Shown here piece after piece: positions 1-6,482 of a stretch of 10,161 nucleotides of DNA. Both the position numbers and the translations under genes were made by a program. The notes beneath the pieces were generated by a model. It was given only the letters and a program-made list of their open reading frames with translations, ran no database searches and was not told where the DNA came from. The stretch's first letter is position 1. Each line of letters opens with the position of its first letter. This DNA comes from an uncultured archaeon. Lineage in GTDB: Archaea; Asgardarchaeota; Heimdallarchaeia; Heimdallarchaeales; Kariarchaeaceae. The stretch lies in the NCBI GenBank assembly GCA_964645535.1, contig CAZYCQ010000084.1, positions 1-10,161 on the forward strand. Reading direction: 5' to 3'.

Positions 1-190
1 ATGATGATTTTGCAGTTTCTGTGGGGAAAAAGTCAATGTGTTTTTTTATCAAATTCATCTCAAAATTATGGTGATTCCTGGGTATTGTCAATTTCTCTCT
101 TGTTGAAGTGCCTATATGGTTGTTTTTCCTTCTCTTCCCTTTTTTTGTGTTTCTCTTAATCTTTTCGGAATACTTTGAATAAATCACTCT

Positions 191-205
191 GCGAATATTT
201 TTAAA
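191..205 (+). promoter_or_regulatory. Putative archaeal BRE + TATA box for the GTPase gene
   Basis: GCGAAT (191-196) is followed by TTTTTAAA (198-205), which ends 23 nt before the TTG at 229. This spacing fits a leaderless archaeal transcript. Confidence 0.6.
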
Positions 206-228
206 ATAAGGTATATTCAATGATATAA

Positions 229-1305
229 TTGAATCTGATACAGGCAAAAATTGTCTTGATTGGAAATCCTCGGGTAGGTAAAACCGCAATTTGGCGTACA
301 TATATGGGTGTTTCATTTGAGAAGAATTATATTCAATCATTGGGCTGCGAATTTTCGGTCAAGCTGGTAAGAATTGATGAAGAAACAAAGGTTGAACTTG
401 CAATATGGGATTTGGCTGGACAGGTGAAATATTCCAATGTCCACCCGATTTATTTCTATGGAACTGTTGCTGCAATAATTGTTTATGATGTCACCGATCT
501 GGACAGCTATCATGCAGTGCCTGATTGGTTGGAACGTTTTCTTGACCTTTGTGGATATGAACGTCCAATAGTGGCATTGGTCGGAAATAAGATCGATTTG
601 GTCGATGAAACTGTTGTCAATAGAGATGATCATAGAGCACTTGTTACTCGGATAAAAATAGAATATGCCGATCAACTTTCCAATTTGATTGATTTCCAGA
701 CAAGTGCTAAAACCGGGGAAAACATAGACCTCCTTTTCATGTCTTTGGGCAAAATCATTGCAAGGACATCCCATGCCTTTCAGAAACGCGAGCTTAATGT
801 TCCAATGGATGAGGTCATTCCCGGTGTTCTCCATGTGCTGTTTCATGAAATTTGGGGTCCACATATCATGGCATCGTCTCCTGCAAAAATGGACCATTGC
901 GATGATAAACGGCTGATGGAAAATGTAGCTCGCTTATTCAGTTCTTTTGATTTCAAGACTGTTGTTGACCAGCGTATCCAAACTGGAAAAATTCCGTGGA
1001 ATGAACCTTTGGGCTTTGCATATTTCTTTGCCTTTGCATTGGACAATTCAAAAGTTCGTGGAGGGCATGAATTGCATGTTCTCATCATTATAGTGTCTCC
1101 TGAATATGTTCCGTTGGCAACGAAGCATGAAGATATCCTGACTGCATTGGCTCACTCGGCAATGAATAAAATTGCCATCCAGATCCGGCTGAATGCCCTT
1201 CCAAAGGAAATGACTGAATTTCCTTCAGAGATTGTTGCTCAGAGAATTATCTCTGTTTTGGACGAGCTCCGTTCCAAATGTTTTTCTGCCATTTTAAGGG
1301 TGTAA
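229..1305 (+). CDS. Rab-like small GTPase (aa ~1-180) fused to a C-terminal uDENN/longin (folliculin/SMCR8-like) domain; eukaryotic signature protein
   Basis: G1 GNPRVGKT (aa12-19), switch I YIQSLGCEF, G3 WDLAGQ (aa60-65), G4 NKID (aa120-123), G5 TSAK (aa158-161), plus RabF-like segments YFYGT and IVYDVT. The C-terminal half has VLFHEIWGPHIMASSP (uDENN first-strand F-x4-GP motif) and YFFAFALDNSKVRGGHELHVLIIIV (compare the FLCN/SMCR8 D-x-x-ARG motif). TTG start; no CAAX/CC prenylation tail. Confidence 0.88.
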   Translation: MNLIQAKIVLIGNPRVGKTAIWRTYMGVSFEKNYIQSLGCEFSVKLVRIDEETKVELAIWDLAGQVKYSNVHPIYFYGTVAAIIVYDVTDLDSYHAVPDWLERFLDLCGYERPIVALVGNKIDLVDETVVNRDDHRALVTRIKIEYADQLSNLIDFQTSAKTGENIDLLFMSLGKIIARTSHAFQKRELNVPMDEVIPGVLHVLFHEIWGPHIMASSPAKMDHCDDKRLMENVARLFSSFDFKTVVDQRIQTGKIPWNEPLGFAYFFAFALDNSKVRGGHELHVLIIIVSPEYVPLATKHEDILTALAHSAMNKIAIQIRLNALPKEMTEFPSEIVAQRIISVLDELRSKCFSAILRV

Positions 1306-1375
1306 GTCGGTTTCTCTGATTGTCAATGGATTCCAAACATTGTACCGAATTCATGAACTGTTCTGGAATTTTTCG

Positions 1376-1849
1376 TTAAACAAGCCCTGGTTCATCCAAC
1401 CAATCCCAAATGACCCAGATCGCCCAAACAACCAATGCGACAATGCAAAGGGAAAACGCCAAGCCTTGACCAAAGGGGATGATGATTGGATTGTTGATGC
1501 CACTGAATGGCAAGAATGGCTTCATGTCCGGATACATCAAAAGATCTATTGCAACATGACCGAATAGGGGAAGAAAGGTATAAAGAACGAACTCTTCCAT
1601 GGACAGCTCTTTCCAGATGGCTTTTGATAGCAAAGCGATTGCCAACCCTGAAAGAAATGCACCAAGGAATGAATGTAGTACGCCGTGGATGGGTATCTGT
1701 TCCATTCCCAGCATTACGTTGGCAAACCCTTCCAGATCGGGGAAAGAAACTGCAACAATGCCGATAATGGTGGCTCGCAAGCGGTCATCCGGTTCAAACC
1801 GTCTCCCGAACAGGAGAGCGAACCCCCAATGATAGAGCGTAAATGGCAT
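1376..1849 (-). CDS. Membrane-bound metal-dependent hydrolase (YdjM/DUF457-like)
   Basis: Motif series MPFTxxH, PDLE, HGxxHS, GHxxxD and PFxPF, separated by hydrophobic helices. Confidence 0.8.
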   Translation of the reverse strand: MPFTLYHWGFALLFGRRFEPDDRLRATIIGIVAVSFPDLEGFANVMLGMEQIPIHGVLHSFLGAFLSGLAIALLSKAIWKELSMEEFVLYTFLPLFGHVAIDLLMYPDMKPFLPFSGINNPIIIPFGQGLAFSLCIVALVVWAIWVIWDWLDEPGLV

Positions 1850-1870
1850 TGAAATGAATCACTCGCCGAA

Positions 1871-1886
1871 TATGAAAAACCTTCCT
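1871..1886 (-). promoter_or_regulatory. Putative BRE/TATA for the hydrolase gene (one half of a divergent promoter pair)
   Basis: The minus strand reads AGGAAGG-TTTTTCATA, ending 21 nt before the ATG at 1849. Confidence 0.4.
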
Positions 1887-1951
1887 GTTTAATCCATGAC
1901 ATTTTCCTTCAACCCAACTTCACAATGCAAATGTACCATGACTTCCCCTAC

Positions 1952-1966
1952 CCCAAAGGTTTTGTC
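1952..1966 (+). promoter_or_regulatory. Putative BRE/TATA-like element for the LysE gene
   Basis: CCCAAAGG-TTTTGTC ends 21 nt before the ATG at 1988 and shares AAGGTTTT with the divergent element. The TATA match is imperfect. Confidence 0.3.
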
Positions 1967-1987
1967 ACTTAAGGAAAACGTTTGATT

Positions 1988-2653
1988 ATGGTCTCTATTG
2001 CGGTTGCAATCCAGCTTTCTGTTCTTGGCTTCTCTCTTGCAGCACCTTTGGGTCCAGTCAACATGGAAATCATCAAACAGGCCTTTCAAAAATCAAAAGG
2101 ATTCATCCTTGGTCTAATGACTGGCGTTGGTGCCATGTCTGCTGATTTCGTAATTGCAATGACAGTTCTCTTCATTGGTTCCGAAGTCTTGGGCAACCTC
2201 ATCTCAAATGACTGGATCAGGTTTTTCCTTTTCATTCTCAATGCTGCGATCCTTTCATTCATCGGATTGTCGGCTTTCAGATCTGCCCCTTCCTCTCTCG
2301 AATCCATGGAAGATGTACCACAAACCGGTAACAGTAGTATTCTCCGTCAATATGCCTTTGGCTTTTTTCTTGTCTCCACCTCTCCTTGGAGCTACCTCTG
2401 GTGGATGAGCTTCGGTCCTGTGGTTCTCAGCCTTGATATCCCACTGGCAACCTTCGGTGAACGGGCAGTTGCCGCCCTGCTTTTCCTTTCAGGCATATTT
2501 GCTTGGGTATTCCTGTTTTCCCTCCTGCTTGCCACCTCCAACAGGTACGCCTCCGATAGGGTCATCAACCTAGTCACAAAAGGAAGTGCCTTGCTGATTC
2601 TCCTTTTCGCTATTCGGGTGCTGATCAATGCACTTGCCATCTTCTTCTGGTAA
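1988..2653 (+). CDS. LysE/RhtB family amino-acid exporter
   Basis: GFSLAAPLGPVN motif, G-x3-G-x-G-A-x2-AD helix, GFFLVSTSPWSYLWW (usual NP replaced by SP), about 6 TM segments. ATG 1988 is preferred over TTG 1982 on promoter spacing. Confidence 0.9.
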   Translation: MVSIAVAIQLSVLGFSLAAPLGPVNMEIIKQAFQKSKGFILGLMTGVGAMSADFVIAMTVLFIGSEVLGNLISNDWIRFFLFILNAAILSFIGLSAFRSAPSSLESMEDVPQTGNSSILRQYAFGFFLVSTSPWSYLWWMSFGPVVLSLDIPLATFGERAVAALLFLSGIFAWVFLFSLLLATSNRYASDRVINLVTKGSALLILLFAIRVLINALAIFFW

Positions 2654-2685
2654 TTGCACCATGGTATCCGATATTATTATTTGAT

Positions 2686-2704
2686 CCAAAAAAAATTTTT
2701 ATTA
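2686..2704 (+). promoter_or_regulatory. Putative BRE + TATA box
   Basis: CCAAAAAAAA-TTTTTATTA ends 23 nt before the TTG at 2728. Confidence 0.6.
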
Positions 2705-2727
2705 ATTAAAAATAATTCTTATCCATA

Positions 2728-3558
2728 TTGCTTTATTTCATCAGATTTTTGATTGTAGCTCTTTTCACCTTTGTCACAGCCACCATTTTCCTGTATTACT
2801 ACAGGTGGCGATATCGAGGGTTTCTTTTTTTTGGTCTCGGCTTTCTCTGCTTGGTTGTCTCCGAACTGATTAAACCATTCATGCTAGGGAATTCTGCACT
2901 CCTGATGCTCTTCTTCACTGTCTTGGCACTTGAATACCTTTTCTATCTGATGATTGTGAATCGGATCAAACCTTTGGATGCCGCTGGCAAGGCAATAGCT
3001 GTGCTGGGTCTTCTGGTTCTCCTCTCCATTCTTTTCTTCAAGTCATTGAATCACCCTATCTATTTTCCATGGCTCCCACTTTCTGACCTCATTTCTCCAA
3101 ACTTTGAAGCGGGGATTTCATTCAACAGATATGTCATTTTTTCATTCAGGTTTCCATATCCTCTGATCCTCTTCAGAATCCTCGTGGCAATCAAGCTTTT
3201 GGAGGTCATATTGCGGACTCGTTCAGAGAAGTTCCAAACTCAATTGCGAAGTGTCAAGCTTTATTGGTCCATCGCCCTTCTGTGCACTATAGTGTACAAC
3301 CTTCTTGTTTTCTTTGTTGACCCTTTTTACCAAGACCTTTTCTTCTTCTTTTTGACCCTCTTGACATCAATAACGATCATAAAATCACCTGAAGGCTTGA
3401 TCGCTGATAAGGTTGAGATCTATTTCCTCTATGGCCTGACGAAGACAATATCCGACAAATTGACCAAAGTTAAATCCGAGCCCCCACCTGCTACCAAATC
3501 CTACTTGGATCAAGTCAAAGAAATTCTCGAAAAAGAAAAACAATCCCGTAACCTCTAA
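2728..3558 (+). CDS. Hypothetical multi-pass (~7 TM) membrane protein with a charged C-terminal tail
   Basis: 276-aa ORF with about seven hydrophobic stretches (aa ~3-25, 31-50, 57-77, 89-105, 135-160, 179-197, 202-218), basic loops and its own promoter-like element. No family recognised. Confidence 0.8.
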   Translation: MLYFIRFLIVALFTFVTATIFLYYYRWRYRGFLFFGLGFLCLVVSELIKPFMLGNSALLMLFFTVLALEYLFYLMIVNRIKPLDAAGKAIAVLGLLVLLSILFFKSLNHPIYFPWLPLSDLISPNFEAGISFNRYVIFSFRFPYPLILFRILVAIKLLEVILRTRSEKFQTQLRSVKLYWSIALLCTIVYNLLVFFVDPFYQDLFFFFLTLLTSITIIKSPEGLIADKVEIYFLYGLTKTISDKLTKVKSEPPPATKSYLDQVKEILEKEKQSRNL

Positions 3559-3581
3559 AAACTAACCATTTATCGGGATTC

Positions 3582-4427
3582 ATGGATTCGACATTCATCA
3601 AGACCAATGGAATTCGATTGCATGCTGTCACAGCAGGAGACCCAACAGACCCTCTCATCGTTCTTCTCCATGGTTTCCCTGAATTCTGGAAAGGATGGGA
3701 AAAACAGATCCCTCTTCTTGCGGATCAAGGATACTTTGTGGTCGCCCCTGACCAAAGAGGCTATAACTTGAGCGATAAACCTTGGAGAATTGGAGCCTAC
3801 ACCCAAGACAAACTTGCCATGGATATTGCCGGTCTCATCCGGCAAGTGGGGAAAGATTCCGCCGTCGTAGCCGGTCATGACTGGGGAGCCGCGGTGGCAT
3901 GGCACCTTGCCGCGAATTTTCCCGAAATTGTCGAAAAACTCGTCATTGTCAATGTTCCCCATAGAAAGGCATTCGAACGCCGTTTCCGTTCGGATCCCGT
4001 TCAACGCAAAAAGAGCAGGTATATGCTCCAGTTCCAACTTCCTCTCCTTCCCCAATGGATGCTCAGAAGAAAGGATTTCAGTGCCCTTGCCGCTGCCTTG
4101 ACCAAAACCTCAAAGCCGGGCACCTTCTCCCAAAAGGACATCTCCGAATACAAGGAGGCTTGGAGACAGAAACGGGCAATCCCCTGCATGCTCAATTGGT
4201 ACAGAGCCGCTTTCAGAAGACGGCTGAAGTTACGCAAAGTTCAGGTTGAACCACCAACACTTATCCTTTGGGGAAGAAAAGATAGGTTCCTGCGAGAGAA
4301 AATGGCTGAGGAATCACTCGAATTCTGCAAGGATGGTCACGTGAAGTTCTTCGATGATGCAACCCACTGGATTCTCCACGAATCTCCTAGGGAAACCACC
4401 AATGCAATCTTGGATTTCCTCTCTTGA
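3582..4427 (+). CDS. Alpha/beta hydrolase, epoxide hydrolase-like
   Basis: HGFPE oxyanion motif, APDQRGYNLS, nucleophile elbow GHDWG (Asp), lid NWYRA tyrosine, WGRKD, catalytic His in ATHW. Confidence 0.93.
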   Translation: MDSTFIKTNGIRLHAVTAGDPTDPLIVLLHGFPEFWKGWEKQIPLLADQGYFVVAPDQRGYNLSDKPWRIGAYTQDKLAMDIAGLIRQVGKDSAVVAGHDWGAAVAWHLAANFPEIVEKLVIVNVPHRKAFERRFRSDPVQRKKSRYMLQFQLPLLPQWMLRRKDFSALAAALTKTSKPGTFSQKDISEYKEAWRQKRAIPCMLNWYRAAFRRRLKLRKVQVEPPTLILWGRKDRFLREKMAEESLEFCKDGHVKFFDDATHWILHESPRETTNAILDFLS

Positions 4428-4445
4428 CAATTTCTATCCTCCACT

Positions 4446-4460
4446 CAATGAGCTTATTAA
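4446..4460 (+). promoter_or_regulatory. Putative TATA box for the metallophosphoesterase gene
   Basis: CAATGAG-CTTATTAA ends 21 nt before the ATG at 4482. Confidence 0.45.
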
Positions 4461-4481
4461 GCCAACTTCAAGACATATTTC

Positions 4482-5429
4482 ATGAAAATCATCGCTCTGG
4501 CGGACACCCATTTCGGACACAGGATGGGACGACCGATAAATGGAGAATATCCTTCCGTCAAGGCCAAGTTCACTGCATTCAGGCAAATCATCGAGTTCTC
4601 AAAACAGATCGATGCAGATATCATCGTCCACTGCGGAGATGTCTTTGACATACCAAACCCCCCACAACCAATCAAAAGGATGGCTGTCACCCTCTTTGAG
4701 GAAATCTTGGAAACAGGAAGACACCTTATCATCCTACCCGGCAATCACGATCGATCCGTCTATGAAAACAACCTTCTGCAATTCTACTATCCAAACTTCC
4801 ATATCATCAACTCCCTGAAGGAAATCAATGTCGGATCCCTCTCGTTCATAGGATTCCCATACACCAAGCAACCTGAGCAATTGATGGCAAAGGCAATACG
4901 ATCCGCAGAAAAATCACCAAACCAAGCCATCATCATCTGCCACCAGACATTCAAAGGTGCAACTGTCGGTCCCCAACGGTTCACATTCAGAGATGGACTC
5001 CCGCCTCCCAAACTGCCCTCAAATGTGCCATTCATCATCTCCGGCCACATCCACCGGTCACAGCAGGTGCACAATGTGCTCTATCCCGGATCAACAGAAC
5101 GAACCGGTTTCCCTGAAGTCATTGAACCCAAAGGATTCCTGCTCATCGACACCGAAGCACAGTCCGTAACCTTCAAGGAACTGCAAACCATGCCCATGAA
5201 AGTCGAAGAAACATCATTTGAGGAAGCCCTTCTCCATGAACCCGATGAAAATACCTATACCCTCCTAAGAATAATCAACAAGCCCCTCTCCGAAAAGGAA
5301 ATCGCACAAATCCATGCACACACCAGAAAGTATCCCCTCCTCGAATACTCCCCAAAATCTCCGGAACTGCCTCTTCAACCCCTTTACCATAACCCACCCC
5401 CCTTCCATCCCATCTCATGGACAAAATAA
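4482..5429 (+). CDS. Mre11/SbcD-like DNA repair exonuclease (calcineurin-like metallophosphoesterase)
   Basis: All five motifs are present (ADTHFG, GDVFD, PGNHD, CHQ, SGHIH), plus YPGSTER-x2-F-x-E...KGF, which is typical of the SbcD/Mre11 subfamily. Confidence 0.9.
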   Translation: MKIIALADTHFGHRMGRPINGEYPSVKAKFTAFRQIIEFSKQIDADIIVHCGDVFDIPNPPQPIKRMAVTLFEEILETGRHLIILPGNHDRSVYENNLLQFYYPNFHIINSLKEINVGSLSFIGFPYTKQPEQLMAKAIRSAEKSPNQAIIICHQTFKGATVGPQRFTFRDGLPPPKLPSNVPFIISGHIHRSQQVHNVLYPGSTERTGFPEVIEPKGFLLIDTEAQSVTFKELQTMPMKVEETSFEEALLHEPDENTYTLLRIINKPLSEKEIAQIHAHTRKYPLLEYSPKSPELPLQPLYHNPPPFHPISWTK

Positions 5430-5515
5430 TTCCATATCGCTAAAACCTTCTGGAACTGTGGAACACCTATAAAACACCATCCGACCATCGTAAAGGATCA
5501 TCACAATTCGACCGC

Positions 5516-5540
5516 AAAATGCAAAAAAGACGTCTGCATT
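5516..5540 (-). terminator. Possible oligo-T terminator of the 4-TM gene
   Basis: The minus strand reads TCTTTTTTGCATTTT about 40 nt past the stop. A short inverted repeat is present (AATGCA 5518-5523 / TGCATT 5535-5540). Confidence 0.3.
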
Positions 5541-5570
5541 GAGAATAGAGGTCTGGAAACACAAGTTCAA

Positions 5571-5981
5571 CTATTTGAAAGGGGAAATGGTCTTCCCAAT
5601 CAGTCCACCCAACAGAATAAATGCAGCTATTGATACTCCAATGATAAAGATGGCTATGACTGCACTCAACAAAATTATCGATACAATAAACGCACCAAAG
5701 GAATTCGAATCGTTAAGTACATCCAATATTGTACCCCCAAAAAGAAAAAATGGAACCGCTGAAAGAATCATGATGGTTACAGAAGAGTAAATGGAAGCCC
5801 TCTTTATTTCTTTAGGAACAAAAAAACCACCCACTAATCCGGAAACAATCCCTATCCCTGCAAACACCTCCAAAAAAATTTCGTCCGGAAAGGTTTCCCC
5901 CCTAAAAAAATAAAAGAACACCCAAACCTGCACAATTACGGATAAAATGATTATCATATATCCTTTGAACAGTTGAGACAT
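5571..5981 (-). CDS. Small 4-TM hypothetical membrane protein (DUF5518-like glycine pattern, tentative)
   Basis: 136 aa with four hydrophobic helices and glycine motifs SGLVGGF and C-terminal LGGLIG. Confidence 0.75.
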   Translation of the reverse strand: MSQLFKGYMIIILSVIVQVWVFFYFFRGETFPDEIFLEVFAGIGIVSGLVGGFFVPKEIKRASIYSSVTIMILSAVPFFLFGGTILDVLNDSNSFGAFIVSIILLSAVIAIFIIGVSIAAFILLGGLIGKTISPFK

Positions 5982-6124
5982 GCCCTAAACAGATTTCATC
6001 AGTAAAAAAAACTTTCTTCCTACGAAAAATTTTGTTGAAATTTAAATTGACACCAAAGTGTCTAATCCCTCCTAAAAGACAAGGTAAATTGTGCATACAA
6101 AAGAGGGAATCGAAATACTATGGA

Positions 6125-6482
6125 ATGGTGAAACGACACAGGCAAAGCATGGTAAGAACTACCACAAAAGATGAAAAGATGGTTTCGGAATTTATTCCTA
6201 GTGTCTAGGGTGAGCCAGCCCTCAAAATCTTTTAATAGGACACCACCTTTTTCCATCTCATGAGGCTTCATGTCTTTCCCCATGCAGAATGGTCTATCGC
6301 TGATTGCAATTACATGGTCTTCAAAAGAGTCCTATACGATACAATCAATACGATCCAATATGGATATTCGATGAATAACCTTCCTTAGTCAGGGGAGATG
6401 CTCCACGAAATGTACCGTTCCCCACGCTGGAGGCAGAACCTTCACCCAATTTAATGATGCGAAAACCATTGCGGTAAAACCA
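6125..6482 (+). pseudogene. Probable decayed 5' portion of the large downstream gene
   Basis: The frame starting at ATG 6125 reads as protein-like sequence with many C-ending codons but is broken by stops at 6206, 6233, 6236 and 6386. The frame of the 794-aa ORF is already open from 6375, before its GTG. Confidence 0.35.

Noticed and set aside
1-159. 52-codon plus-strand ORF, and a minus-strand start at 58 (MNLIKKHIDFF...) running off the left edge
   Set aside because: Both are too short or truncated and carry no motifs. The pyrimidine tract at 119-157 looks non-coding. This cannot be decided without flanking sequence.
337-897. 186-aa antisense ORF, and similar shadow ORFs (3570-4055, 4457-4744, 4787-5074, 8231-8524, 9172-9354 and others)
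   Set aside because: They lie on or opposite well-supported genes and show no motifs.
1276-1305. Cys near the GTPase C-terminus (KCFSAILRV) as a prenylation site
   Set aside because: The Cys is the eighth residue from the end, which does not fit CAAX, CC or CXC.
3542-3580. Inverted repeat AATCCCG / CGGGATT around the hydrolase upstream region
   Set aside because: The arms are only 7 bp with a 25-nt spacer, it occurs once, and one arm is inside a CDS, so it is compatible with chance.
6062-6283. 73-aa minus-strand ORF
   Set aside because: It has no recognisable features, and the region is better explained as intergenic or decayed plus-strand coding sequence.
6171-6482. In the giant ORF's frame, only two TGA codons (6261 and 6372) separate ATG 6171 from GTG 6483, which could suggest selenocysteine or TGA recoding
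   Set aside because: TGA is the normal stop of the alpha/beta hydrolase (4425-4427). There is no selenoprotein-like context or evident SECIS, and the read-through peptide is less protein-like than the neighbouring frame.
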